47,244 nucleotides of DNA, from the IMG/VR virus record IMGVR_UViG_3300021440_000036, positions 1 through 47,244 of that record; one strand, written 5' to 3'. The stretch comes from a virus (Duplodnaviria; Caudoviricetes). Positions 27,542 to 37,039 of the stretch are shown one piece after another. The notes beneath the pieces are model-generated. The model was not told where the DNA came from. It was given only the letters and a program-made list of their open reading frames with translations, and searched no databases. The translations under genes and the position numbers were made by a program. The stretch's first letter is position 1, and every line of letters starts with the position of its first letter.

Positions 27542-28084
27542 ATGCGTTTCCGTACAATCGCCGTGGTCCTCGGCCTGATGGCCGCACTGGCGGCCTGTGA
27601 TTCCGTCACGGCCGGAGAAACCACGTCGGACCTGAAGGGATCGAACGCGGCCACGACCGCCGCACCTGTCAAGGCTGGCAGGGTCGGGAAGGCGCGGACG
27701 ACTTCGGTCGCCCGGCAAGACGGAACGATCCCATTTGGGAAGATGTGGCGGTACGAGGACGGCGTGGGCGTCTCTGTCGGTCAGCCCAAGAGGGCGGACT
27801 GCCCGTCGTGGGCAGAGGATGAGATCAAGGGCCGAACGTGCGTGCGGTTCAAGATCAAGATCCTCAACGGAACTTCCGTGATCTTCGACCCCGGAATGGC
27901 TCTCGTCACCGCCCAGAGCGGTGACACGGAAGCCGAGTCCTTCGGACTCGACAGTCCGACGACAAAGGTCCTCCCCGGTCGTCAGACCACATGGAAGGAA
28001 GTTTTCGCGGTCGACGTTGCGGGTGACCTTGTTGTCGAAGTGACCCCCGGAGCCGGAACGTACTCCGGAAAGCTCTGGAGATAA
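27542..28084 (+). CDS. Lipoprotein (DUF4352-like beta fold)
   Basis: Signal peptide with LAAC lipobox, Thr/Ala linker, ...KVLPGRQ..W...F.V C-terminus. Confidence 0.75.
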   Translation: MRFRTIAVVLGLMAALAACDSVTAGETTSDLKGSNAATTAAPVKAGRVGKARTTSVARQDGTIPFGKMWRYEDGVGVSVGQPKRADCPSWAEDEIKGRTCVRFKIKILNGTSVIFDPGMALVTAQSGDTEAESFGLDSPTTKVLPGRQTTWKEVFAVDVAGDLVVEVTPGAGTYSGKLWR

Positions 28085-28165
28085 CTCGCTGACCGTTCCA
28101 GCGGGGCAACCGTCGCCTACGGGCGACGGCGGCCCTGTGGGGATTATCAGTTGGAAGGAGCGAAC

Positions 28166-28402
28166 ATGAAAAAGTATGACCTGTCAGAGGACGCGGCGAA
28201 GCTATTGGAAAAAGGATGGTCGAGGGACAGAATCCTCGCATTGAGTTCTTCGCTCGTGAACAATCGCCAGCTCTGGGTCGGTGATGCAAACGCCATGAAT
28301 ACGCTCAGAGTCGAAGCCATTCGTTCTGAAGCGCGCCTCTACTGCTATTTCTGCGGACTCGACCTGCTGCGCAATGGCCACTGTGGCGCAGGTTGCTGCT
28401 AG
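28166..28402 (+). CDS. Small Cys-rich hypothetical protein
   Basis: AAGGAG RBS; CYFCG...HCGAGCC. Confidence 0.65.
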   Translation: MKKYDLSEDAAKLLEKGWSRDRILALSSSLVNNRQLWVGDANAMNTLRVEAIRSEARLYCYFCGLDLLRNGHCGAGCC

Positions 28403-28449
28403 GACCACCCGTCGCCACCAGGGCGACGGGTAGATGAGAGGAGACCGAC

Positions 28450-28605
28450 ATGCAGACAGAGAGCCCGGCTCTGTCCACCCTCGCCGACGGCGAAATTGCC
28501 ACCCTGGTAGCCCCTGGAGGGCATCTGGAGGTGGTGTTGTGGGATGCAGCGACTGGCAGGCCGCTCGTCGCGCTGCACTCGCCAGAGTGCCTCTGCGAAG
28601 CCTGA
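28450..28605 (+). CDS. 51-aa microprotein (not in the ORF track)
   Basis: AGGAG RBS, MQTESPALSTL...HSPECLCEA*. Confidence 0.55.
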   Translation: MQTESPALSTLADGEIATLVAPGGHLEVVLWDAATGRPLVALHSPECLCEA

Positions 28606-28689
28606 CGGCCCGAGGGGTTTCCTTGCACACGGAGCGACTGTATGGTTGCTCCGTGTGTTCGGATGTCCAACGGGAGGACGAGAGGAAAC

Positions 28690-28911
28690 ATGATCGCATA
28701 CCGCATGCGGACTGGGAAGATGCTGCGTACCGGCGAAATGCTGGACGCGATGCTGATCTTTCAGGGCTGTGCGTCACCGCCCAACACGGTCAACCGTGAC
28801 GGAGAGATCAAGGTAAGCACGGGCATTAGCCCCGTGATCACAGTTGTTCCCGCTCATCGGTACGGAGTCCTCGTGCACGACTGCGAGGGAGGAGAGGACG
28901 ATGTGCAGTAA
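28690..28911 (+). CDS. Hypothetical protein
   Basis: GAGAGG RBS before MIAYRM. Confidence 0.6.
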   Translation: MIAYRMRTGKMLRTGEMLDAMLIFQGCASPPNTVNRDGEIKVSTGISPVITVVPAHRYGVLVHDCEGGEDDVQ

Positions 28912-29203
28912 ATGTAAGGAGATAGAGCCTTTCTTGCGTCTCCTACGCGCGTCCTTCGACGCGTGGCATTTCGTCAAGGGCGGCCCCGGGATACTCGGGG
29001 ACTCAACGACTTCTGCCCAGGAGTGCATCATACAGATCGACCATGATGACACTGACTGCGTTCTTTTCACAATCAGGGTCATGGCCGGAGAGACCAACAT
29101 GCAGATTGGCTCCATTCCGGAGCGCGAATTGACCTCGGTGTTCTCTCAAGCAATCGTGACTGTCGCCTCGCTTCCGTCATTCGGGGATTCTCATGGCCAT
29201 TAG
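28901..29203 (+). CDS. Hypothetical protein
   Basis: GAGG RBS before MCSKC, overlaps neighbours. Confidence 0.6.
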   Translation: MCSKCKEIEPFLRLLRASFDAWHFVKGGPGILGDSTTSAQECIIQIDHDDTDCVLFTIRVMAGETNMQIGSIPERELTSVFSQAIVTVASLPSFGDSHGH

Positions 29204-29411
29204 CGAAGATCCGAAGTACCAGGCGAAACTGAAGGCGATCAAGTTGAGCCGTATCGCCGACGAGTTCCTCGACCCTGCCATTCATTATGACAGCAAGGAA
29301 GCCATCATACAGGCGGTGGAGGCAGCTACGGTATTCTGGGAGCACTGTAAGGAGAATGGCCTCTGCCCGGACCGAAATCGCCATTGCTCGTGCGGGAGGG
29401 ATGTCTGGTGA
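29193..29411 (+). CDS. Hypothetical protein
   Basis: 72 aa with Cys-rich end. Confidence 0.6.
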   Translation: MAISEDPKYQAKLKAIKLSRIADEFLDPAIHYDSKEAIIQAVEAATVFWEHCKENGLCPDRNRHCSCGRDVW

Positions 29412-29830
29412 TCGCATCAGCGTCCCATCTATCCGTGGACAACGCCGCCGGTGGTACCGGCGGCGCCGGGGCATGCATCATCTTCATCATCGTCGTCATG
29501 CTGCTTTCTGGAGGAAGCAAGGTCCCCACGGTCCTGCTTTTCGAGGACTGCGAGCAATACATCACATTCAGCTTCGACCAGGGCATGATCGACAAGATCG
29601 CCTCCCGTCTGAAGGACGGGAAGTATGCATTCGCCGATCCGCTACGCCTTCCGGCGTATCGGGCACGCATGATGCGGATCGCAGGCATCGGCAATGATGC
29701 CAATCAGGTGTCATACATCATCGGCGTCGCAGAATCGCTGCGACATGTCGACGGCCAAGAACTGTACGCCGAGATCATTCCGATGACCGAGTCGGCGTAC
29801 GGCGAGCTGCTGGAAAGGGTGCAGATGTGA
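29408..29830 (+). CDS. Hypothetical protein with a hydrophobic segment
   Basis: GTGA coupling to the previous stop. Confidence 0.55.
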   Translation: MIASASHLSVDNAAGGTGGAGACIIFIIVVMLLSGGSKVPTVLLFEDCEQYITFSFDQGMIDKIASRLKDGKYAFADPLRLPAYRARMMRIAGIGNDANQVSYIIGVAESLRHVDGQELYAEIIPMTESAYGELLERVQM

Positions 29831-30384
29831 AAGGCGGATACTCGAAGGATTGGCGTGGATCTGACGGCCGAAGGGCGTCCAGGCCGAGAATTAAGGTCGA
29901 CGTCAGTGTCGTGGACACATACGATCCCACTCCTCTTGCGTTTGCCATCGGAACACATCTGCTTCGGCCGATGACGGGCGAAGAGCTGGACGAGGCGATT
30001 CTGGAAACCGCCGAGTCGAGCGATGATCTCTACGCTCATCTGCTCATCCGAGGAGGATTCATCGGGCAGATCTGCGGTATCTGTGTGCACCCCTGCCTGA
30101 ATCCCGAGCACGCGGATGAATGGGCTGACGGGAAGGTGCTGCTCGACAGCTCATCCCTTCTCTTGCTGTACGTTCGCCTCAATCGCGGGCCTTCCGGAAA
30201 AGATCCCATCAGTCCCGAAGCCGAGGCCGCTCTGCACAAGATTGCCAGCGGCATGTACCAAACAGACATGCGAGTCAATCTGATGGTCAGGATATTCGAG
30301 AATCGCCCAGAGGGCCCGCCAACGCGGGAGGAACTGGTACGGCGCTGGAAGGAGTCAACCAATGGTTATCCACGCAAGGCTTGA
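29827..30384 (+). CDS. Hypothetical protein
   Basis: GTGA coupling; CxxC..C...H cluster. Confidence 0.6.
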   Translation: MKGGYSKDWRGSDGRRASRPRIKVDVSVVDTYDPTPLAFAIGTHLLRPMTGEELDEAILETAESSDDLYAHLLIRGGFIGQICGICVHPCLNPEHADEWADGKVLLDSSSLLLLYVRLNRGPSGKDPISPEAEAALHKIASGMYQTDMRVNLMVRIFENRPEGPPTREELVRRWKESTNGYPRKA

Positions 30385-30667
30385 CACGCAGGGGCGCACC
30401 ACGGTGTGTGCCCCTGCTCATCCGAAGTGGAAGGCTCGTATGCGCGGCCTTCCGATCGGATCGGCGCAATGGCTATCCGCAGAGCAGTCTTGGCGGGTCA
30501 CCGGATATTCCCTACAGGAGGTCATCAACTGGATCAAGGAGGACCTTGATCCAGAGTTCGACTTCATCGCAGCCCTGGATGCCAGGGCTGCCGAGCTTCG
30601 CATCCTGGCGCGGATCCTGGAGGCCGAAGCCGACATGTTCCGAAGGATCGAAGTTGACGCACCGTAG
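30362..30667 (+). CDS. Hypothetical protein
   Basis: AAGGAG RBS, 101 aa. Confidence 0.65.
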   Translation: MVIHARLDTQGRTTVCAPAHPKWKARMRGLPIGSAQWLSAEQSWRVTGYSLQEVINWIKEDLDPEFDFIAALDARAAELRILARILEAEADMFRRIEVDAP

Positions 30668-30823
30668 CTACTCGGCTACGGTGTCCATCCTGCCCGCCCC
30701 TCGATCGGGGCCACACCCACTGATGGGGCGGGCAGGATCTCGGAGGACCTGCGGTCCGCGCACGCTGCCACGTGCGCGATCCGGAGGCACTCGGGGTGCC
30801 TCCCTTACTCGGGAGGATTAAGA

Positions 30824-31210
30824 ATGTCGACCCAGACCGAAGCGCGACCGGTCAGAGGTTCCATGCAAGGTTCCACGCAGATCATGCACGGCACGGTTAT
30901 CATCCCCGTTCGGAAGAACGGGACGAAAGGCCCGGCGTGCGTGGTGCACGCACTGTCAGCCGGAGGAACGTATACCGGCCCCGGTGGGCTGGACCGATAC
31001 ATCAGAGACGTCAAGGACGGCCACCCGATGTTCGGGCTGGCCGTTGCGACTGCGGCAGAGGCAAGCTCGGCCCACAACTGGGGCGAGCGGTTCGACGTCA
31101 GCGTCGGCTCGACGCTGCGCACCACTGGGTGTGCGTGGGAGACGGGACGTCCGTACATCCTGCGGGAGCTGTCGCACGAGATCTTCATCATTGAGGAGGT
31201 CCGCCCGTGA
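30824..31210 (+). CDS. Hypothetical protein
   Basis: GGAGG RBS, 128 aa. Confidence 0.7.
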   Translation: MSTQTEARPVRGSMQGSTQIMHGTVIIPVRKNGTKGPACVVHALSAGGTYTGPGGLDRYIRDVKDGHPMFGLAVATAAEASSAHNWGERFDVSVGSTLRTTGCAWETGRPYILRELSHEIFIIEEVRP

Positions 31211-31644
31211 CCTCCGCGACGCTTGGGCGTCCAGAGCACACCGACTGGAGGAGTGCGCCCGTCCTCTTGACGGTCGATCCATCCTCGGAGGACGACCTGC
31301 CGGTCGACCAGGCCGTCACGGCCCTACGTGAGGTCGCAGGCGTCCTCAAGCAGATATCTCGACGCCCCCGGCGTCACTGGCTGGTCGACGTCTGGTGGGC
31401 GATCCTGAAGAACCCTCTGGAGGCTCTGGTCTGGCTCCTCGCCCTGGTGCTCCTCGGCTGGCTTATGGCCAGCTTCTGGTGGCAGGTCTCCGTTGGTGGG
31501 CGCCCCGGCGCCACGCTTACGATCCTCGGCGGATCGCAGTCGGCGACCCGTTACGCAGACCCAGGGTACGAGCTTCCGTCCTGGGCGCTGCGCATGGAGG
31601 AGATCTTCTGGTTCGGCGCACCGGTCCCACAGACTGACGAGTAA
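31207..31644 (+). CDS. Membrane protein
   Basis: GTGA coupling; Trp/Leu-rich TM helix. Confidence 0.65.
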   Translation: MTSATLGRPEHTDWRSAPVLLTVDPSSEDDLPVDQAVTALREVAGVLKQISRRPRRHWLVDVWWAILKNPLEALVWLLALVLLGWLMASFWWQVSVGGRPGATLTILGGSQSATRYADPGYELPSWALRMEEIFWFGAPVPQTDE

Positions 31645-31739
31645 CATGTAAGTGCTTCTCACCCAGCATGCCCCGGCCCCTCACACTGTGACCCCCATCA
31701 CAGTGACAGAGGGTGTCCGGGGCGTTACTGTTTTTGCGT

Positions 31740-31982
31740 ATGGACGACGCGCGGATCGAACGCCTGATCGGTGTGACCACCGATCAGATCAGAAGCCTCT
31801 CCGTTCAGGAGCTAGCGAATCTCATGATCATCCGTTCCTGTCTCGTGTATCACGGAGTGGGATTAGAGCTGGCCGCCGGTACGACCGGAGGACTAGCACG
31901 TGCGATGATCAGAGCACACCGGTTGCAAGAGCAACCGGAAGGACATCACCATACCGCCCGCTGTGAAGCAGGGTGGTTCTGA
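31740..31982 (+). CDS. Hypothetical protein
   Basis: MDDARIERL..., follows a hairpin/T-run. Confidence 0.5.
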   Translation: MDDARIERLIGVTTDQIRSLSVQELANLMIIRSCLVYHGVGLELAAGTTGGLARAMIRAHRLQEQPEGHHHTARCEAGWF

Positions 31983-32106
31983 ATGCGAAAGGAGAGAAGG
32001 AAGGCTGACCGAGAAGGAAGATTCATTATATGCATTGTTGTCATTTACTTCCTAGTAATAGGCACAATGAATTACATCTTCGAGGTCACGAAGCCGACTG
32101 ACACAT

Positions 32107-32460
32107 ATGGATATTACGAAAGCGGGGGCAGTTCCGGTAGGTAAAACCGGAATTGTCAAGATGGATCTTCCGTCAGGCGCAACCGCATGCCTCTCGGATT
32201 TACGCCACACTTATTCCAGAGAGGTGGAGACAAGTATCCCATCGGAAGGGAGGTTGCATGTATCGAAAAGGTGCATTAACTGCGGCGCGGTAGCGACCAT
32301 TGTTTACTCTCTCACATATGGCCCTCGTGGGCCACAGTTAGACCGGCTTTATCGCAGCTATGATTACACCGACTGCGAGAAGTACGTTGGCGGAAGAATG
32401 GCAGCGCGTGATGACGCACTGGACGAGGAAATGCGAGTTCTGCTCAAACGAATTACATAG
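32107..32460 (+). CDS. Hypothetical protein (CxxC)
   Basis: C...H...CINCG; start uncertain. Confidence 0.6.
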   Translation: MDITKAGAVPVGKTGIVKMDLPSGATACLSDLRHTYSREVETSIPSEGRLHVSKRCINCGAVATIVYSLTYGPRGPQLDRLYRSYDYTDCEKYVGGRMAARDDALDEEMRVLLKRIT

Positions 32461-32473
32461 GAATGGAGATTCC

Positions 32474-32974
32474 GTGGCGCCCGGGGATTCACACAATGTC
32501 AGCGCAATAGCAAGAGAATGCCATCTTCAGATGTCAGGGGAGCTTTCCGTAGGCTGGATGTACGATGCGTGGCTCATCTCACGTGGTATTTATCCTTCTA
32601 CGATCACGCAGCGTGTGATTCTGGCCCTCGGGCACAACTGCGAACCGACTAAGAACGCACTTGGGTACCGCGACTGCCAGGTGCGCGTAGGCGACCACAT
32701 TCCAATCCCTCCGGGTGAAGTGCCAGCAGCAATGGAATTGTTCTGCTCCCAGTTGACTGAATTGACACCCGGAGAGGCATTCTTCTGGTTCGAGACAATC
32801 CATCCCTTCAGGGATGGAAATGGCAGGACTGGATATCTGCTATTCAATGTGTTGAATGGAACGAGCGATCGGCTCGTTCCCCCTCCGAATTATTGGCGCG
32901 ATCCATATAGGGCGCCAATGAATGCAACAGAAAAGAAAGACAGTCTGCGCTTCTCACAGAAGTACCGAAGCTAA
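32474..32974 (+). CDS. Fic/Doc-domain protein
   Basis: GYRDCQVRVG flap and FETIHPFRDGNGRTG signature; GGAG RBS before GTG 32474. Confidence 0.88.
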   Translation: MAPGDSHNVSAIARECHLQMSGELSVGWMYDAWLISRGIYPSTITQRVILALGHNCEPTKNALGYRDCQVRVGDHIPIPPGEVPAAMELFCSQLTELTPGEAFFWFETIHPFRDGNGRTGYLLFNVLNGTSDRLVPPPNYWRDPYRAPMNATEKKDSLRFSQKYRS

Positions 32975-32975
32975 A

Positions 32976-33236
32976 ATGCCTCGGCGGAATATCGAGACCC
33001 AGGCTCTGTTGAATGCCTGGCTGGAATATGCCCGCCTAAACGCCGTCGCGGCGCAGGCGTACGACGAAGATAAAGAAACAATAGATAAGCGCTACGGCGC
33101 TAAGCCAACCATAAAGGAGCTAAAACGCCGTGCGCGCGAAGAACTCCGAGATAGACGCAATTGTCCGGGTATTGGAGCTACCCCACGAGTCCCCGGAAGA
33201 GAAGGCCAGGGCGATTATGGACGCCGCCCTGCGTGA
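32976..33236 (+). CDS. Hypothetical protein
   Basis: ATG right after the Fic stop; helical and basic. Confidence 0.5.
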   Translation: MPRRNIETQALLNAWLEYARLNAVAAQAYDEDKETIDKRYGAKPTIKELKRRAREELRDRRNCPGIGATPRVPGREGQGDYGRRPA

Positions 33237-33561
33237 ACTCTTGGAGAGAGATTCACTGCACGTGGTCCTGTATCCGAACCCTGAACTCGGTATGATATTC
33301 GGGTCTGGCCCCTATTCGACCCGGGGCGACGCACAGCGCGCGGCCAGGAAGCATGGGTTCGCCCATATGATGGAGCCGAAGATCATTCGGCTATTCCCGG
33401 ATCGCGTTGTAACAGAAGTCCCGGATCAGACGCACTGCGAAAAATGCGGCCATGGATCTTTCGTCCATGGGTCCTTCGTGAAAAAGAAAGGGTGTGGCGT
33501 TCGTGGTTGCCAATGCCGTATCACCGACATCCCGGGTTACCGTGCGCGTGCCCGACGATGA
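33130..33561 (+). CDS. Hypothetical protein with C-terminal Zn motif
   Basis: AAGGAG RBS; GPYST...A, CxxCGH...H...C..C.C. Confidence 0.65.
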   Translation: MRAKNSEIDAIVRVLELPHESPEEKARAIMDAALRELLERDSLHVVLYPNPELGMIFGSGPYSTRGDAQRAARKHGFAHMMEPKIIRLFPDRVVTEVPDQTHCEKCGHGSFVHGSFVKKKGCGVRGCQCRITDIPGYRARARR

Positions 33562-33663
33562 TCCAGGCCAGGGAGGAAACAAGAACTGCCGCCTCTGCGG
33601 CAGGCCGTTGGCGATGATCCAGCAAGAATCAGGTGTCCACGCCTACTGCGAGGAGAAGAAAGA

Positions 33664-34005
33664 ATGCAAGATTGCGTGATCTGCGGATCACCGGGGACGA
33701 TCCCCTGGGTACATGACGGGTGCACCCAGGCCCGGTGCGACAGGTGCACCGGGGGAGACCTGGTTCCGCTGTCCTCGGTCGCGGCAGCGATCGTGGACGT
33801 CTACCAGTGCATCGCATGGCGTCAACTGCCTGCCAGCGTCCGCGACTGGGCACTGGACTCCGCAGAGGCGGCAGGAAAGACTCCGCTCGACGTGGACCTG
33901 GCCGTCGCGGAGTACATCGACGCGATGGAGAAGCTGGGAGAGTTCGCATCCCCGATGGAGGATGCGCTAGGGTTGCCGACCTGGCCTCCAGAGCCAGATC
34001 GGTGA
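33664..34005 (+). CDS. Hypothetical Zn-finger protein
   Basis: CVIC...CDRC. Confidence 0.6.
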   Translation: MQDCVICGSPGTIPWVHDGCTQARCDRCTGGDLVPLSSVAAAIVDVYQCIAWRQLPASVRDWALDSAEAAGKTPLDVDLAVAEYIDAMEKLGEFASPMEDALGLPTWPPEPDR

Positions 34006-34052
34006 GGTTGACAGGCGGACGCCGCGCTCTCACACAGTCACGGCGTCTGGTG

Positions 34053-34090
34053 CAGCCCCCTACGTGGCCCGTAGGGGGCTGTGCTATTTT
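34053..34090 (+). terminator. Terminator-like hairpin
   Basis: CAGCCCCCTACG/CGTAGGGGGCTG then TATTTT. Confidence 0.55.
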
Positions 34091-34097
34091 GCCGTCA

Positions 34098-34834
34098 TGG
34101 CGACGACGGTGCGGCCCTGCCTCGACACTACGGGCGAGGAGATCACGATCATCACGGCCCTGTCCGTGGGCAGGGTGATGATGCACTGCCCTGCGGGGGC
34201 AGAGCTGGCCGTCTTCCAGGACGGCCGCTTGATCCGGGCGGGACACCCGAAGTCATGCAAGTGCATGACCTCTCCCGGCCCCACCGAGGGATCTCCTGCT
34301 CCGCGCCGTAAGGGCGCGGATGGCACGATGTCAGCTCCTCCGGGGTTCCGGGACAAGGTCGCGGCGGTGTCCACAGTCATCTCCCCTACTCTCGCGCGGG
34401 ACGAGCACGCTTGCCCGCCCGCGCCTGCCAACCAGGAAGACCCCGCCCCGCGTGAGCTGCCCGAGATCTCAGAGCGCAGGCGCCTTGGACTGATGCTCAA
34501 GGCGGTCGAGGGGATCGGCGATCACATCCTGATCGCCCAGCTCAAGGCGCAACTCGCCGCACTGGACCCCGAGGAGGGTCCGGTGGAGGATGCCCCGCAG
34601 GAGCCTCTGTGTGCCCCTGTGGAGGACGAGCAGCCCGAGGTGGACCAACCACCCCAGGTGGGGGACAAGTGGCCGCAGGCGGCCACACAGCGCCTTACAG
34701 AGGCACATCCGCCTGCGAGGCGGAAGCGTCGCAGTCCGATCCGCAGTCTCGCCACGGTCGCAGCCGTGGCGATGGTAGCTGCGAGCATGGTGCAAGTGTT
34801 GGTCACCAGTGGTAGTGTGACCAACACGAGTTGA
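34098..34834 (+). CDS. Pro/Glu-rich protein with C-terminal membrane anchor
   Basis: MATTVRPC..., RRKRR followed by a hydrophobic helix. Confidence 0.55.
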
Positions 34835-35250
34835 GCACCCCTCAACGCCCGTCGGCGCGGTCAGTTGCCGATGGGGTACGAGGGCGGAGACAGGCCCCCA
34901 AGCCGCCCTCGTCACGCCGCCCGTGCACGGCGGATTGGCCGTACCGAGTTTCCCCCGTACCTCGGTGCAGCCAACTGGGCATCATGCCCAGAGTGCGCAC
35001 GGCCCCATCCTTTCCCTCCGGTTCGGATGGGGCCGTCTCCATGCACCGGCGTCGCGCCCGCCGGTAGAGCGCTCGGGCGCTCCGTGGCCCAGGCATCTTT
35101 AGGTGGGGATGCCTGGGCTATGTGCTACACTTCGGCCCAAGACGAGGCACTGGCCGTGAATCGTCTGCCCCCGCGATACCGGGCAACGCGCGGGGGCACT
35201 TCTCGTTTGGAGGAGATATGAGCGCAGTACCGCTGCCCTGATATACAACA

Positions 35251-35282
35251 GACCGACCGGCCTCGGTTGAGGCCGGTCGGTC
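35251..35282. terminator. Hairpin at the convergence of the early (+) and replication (-) units
   Basis: GACCGACCGGCCTC GGTT GAGGCCGGTCGGTC, perfect 14-bp stem. Confidence 0.7.
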
Positions 35283-35297
35283 CGGGGGGTGGAGAGG

Positions 35298-35990
35298 TCA
35301 GCTTACCAGTTGGGCCTCTCCGCTCCAAGCGGAGTGAACACCAGGGCGCCTCCGTAGGGCGCCCTCATGGCACTCGCAGTCATACGGGCAGCCGTGGGGA
35401 CGTTCGCCTCCCAGGGCGTCACACAGGACCTTGAGGGCGATGTTCACCCGGCGACTGATGGTCCTGTCGGTCACGCCGTACTTGTCGGCCAGCTCGACCA
35501 GGGTGAGCCGGGAGAAGACCCTCTCGATCAGCAGTACCTGCTGATCAGCAGTGAGTGGTGCGGTATCCCAGGCATGCTGCACGTCCAGATATGCAGCATG
35601 CCATTTCCCGCCCTCCGCAGGATCGGAGGGCGTGTGGACCTCGGAGTCCCCCGCCGCTGGCGGCGTGTCGTCCCCGGCCAGAACATGCGGCAGCATGTTC
35701 ATGATCAAGTTCCGCCCGTAGAACTCTTCATCCTCGGGTGCATACCCGAGGCCGTGAGCGCGAGACGCTCGCGCTACCTTGTCGAGCTTCGCCCGAATGT
35801 CCCGGCGGAGTCTGTAGGCAGCCTTGCGCTCATCCTCCTCGGGGACCGAGGAGTACTCCTCCATTGCCTTCGGGTGCTCCAGGGTCCAGAGCCATGCCTC
35901 CTGGGTGAGATCCTCGACCTCCACGAAGTGCGAATACTTTCGCTTCACTTCGGAGACGACGATCCTCACTTCATCTTCGACACAGATCAT
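35298..35990 (-). CDS. Sigma-70/ECF-like factor
   Basis: Region 2 EDLTQEAWL; region 4 LT..QQ.L.....LTLVELADKYGVTDRTISRRV..AL. Confidence 0.75.
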   Translation of the reverse strand: MICVEDEVRIVVSEVKRKYSHFVEVEDLTQEAWLWTLEHPKAMEEYSSVPEEDERKAAYRLRRDIRAKLDKVARASRAHGLGYAPEDEEFYGRNLIMNMLPHVLAGDDTPPAAGDSEVHTPSDPAEGGKWHAAYLDVQHAWDTAPLTADQQVLLIERVFSRLTLVELADKYGVTDRTISRRVNIALKVLCDALGGERPHGCPYDCECHEGALRRRPGVHSAWSGEAQLVS

Positions 35991-35999
35991 TGCCGCCTC

Positions 36000-36536
36000 C
36001 TAACGGTGCAGAGTCGAGACATACGGAAGGACCTTGTGATACAGGTCCCTCAACACCAGGACGTCATGCTCGCAATGCTCGACCACCTGATCCATCGACG
36101 GTCCATCGAAGCTGGCAGCGCGCTGCCAGGTCTCCCAGGAGATCGGCGTCTTCGCCGTGGGGAACCCGAAGAACTTCTGTGCATTCTCCAGCTTCGCACT
36201 GCCGATCCTCATCGACGCACTGTTCAGATACCACCGGGTATCCAGCATGAAGTGAGTCTTCAGGGGCCGCTCTCCCGCCTTCGCCAGGCGGGCATTCAGG
36301 AATGGAATGTCGAACAGTCGCCCATTGTGGGCGACGATCAGGTCGAAATCCTCAAGGCAGTCGCGGATCTCGATGCACAGCTTCGAGTCGTCGATCGGAT
36401 CATTGAGCCGATATGTCGGGGAGTCTCCCCGGAATGTCCAGGTGTCACCCTCAAGGGTGACGAATGAGCAGCAGAGGATTCTGCCCATCAGCGCCTTGAG
36501 GTCGGTAGTCTCAAGATCCCACATGACAATCTTCAC
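36000..36536 (-). CDS. DEDD/RNase H-like 3'-5' exonuclease
   Basis: WDLETT, AHNG..FDIPFL, HCEHDV. Confidence 0.85.
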   Translation of the reverse strand: MKIVMWDLETTDLKALMGRILCCSFVTLEGDTWTFRGDSPTYRLNDPIDDSKLCIEIRDCLEDFDLIVAHNGRLFDIPFLNARLAKAGERPLKTHFMLDTRWYLNSASMRIGSAKLENAQKFFGFPTAKTPISWETWQRAASFDGPSMDQVVEHCEHDVLVLRDLYHKVLPYVSTLHR

Positions 36537-36760
36537 AGATCCTCCTCGTCAATCCACTCGACCACGGTCGCACCATTGTGACCGTGAATCCTGATCATTG
36601 CATTCAGAGAATCCCAGATTGCGACACTGCCGCCCTCGGCGGCGATAGGGACGAACTCCAGGGCCACCTTGCCTGTCGGGAACTCGACTCCTCTTGCCAC
36701 AATTCCGAGTCCGGATACGCCGGACTCGTCGATGAACCTGTGCAGCCGGAACCTCCTCAC
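36533..36760 (-). CDS. Conserved phage hypothetical protein
   Basis: R.F.L.R..D.SGVSG.G.VA.GV.F...IHGH.G.T motif; GTGA coupling. Confidence 0.7.
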   Translation of the reverse strand: MRRFRLHRFIDESGVSGLGIVARGVEFPTGKVALEFVPIAAEGGSVAIWDSLNAMIRIHGHNGATVVEWIDEEDL

Positions 36761-37032
36761 TCTCGGTCCAGAACGACAATCGCAGGATCGACCTCGGTCT
36801 TCGCCGACTCCAGCATTCCCACGGCTTCCCATACCGTGGTGTCCTCGGGAGTGACGATCCGCAGATTCCTTGTGCCGTTCGTCGCCATGACATCGGCGAC
36901 GACGACCCAGCGGACGAGAACCCCGCCGAACATGTCGTCTTCGTCGCGTTTCTGGACAGCTTCGGAGATCGCCCGGTCGAGAATCTCGACCATCTTCACG
37001 GCATCGCCTGGCTCCGATTCCTCCATGATCAT
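36757..37032 (-). CDS. Hypothetical protein
   Basis: AGGAG RBS, 91 aa. Confidence 0.65.
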   Translation of the reverse strand: MIMEESEPGDAVKMVEILDRAISEAVQKRDEDDMFGGVLVRWVVVADVMATNGTRNLRIVTPEDTTVWEAVGMLESAKTEVDPAIVVLDRE

Positions 37033-37039
37033 GATGCTC

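Noticed and set aside
34831-35221. ORFs of 78-118 aa at the end of the early region
   Set aside because: No clear RBS, Pro/Arg-rich low-information translations; cannot choose a frame
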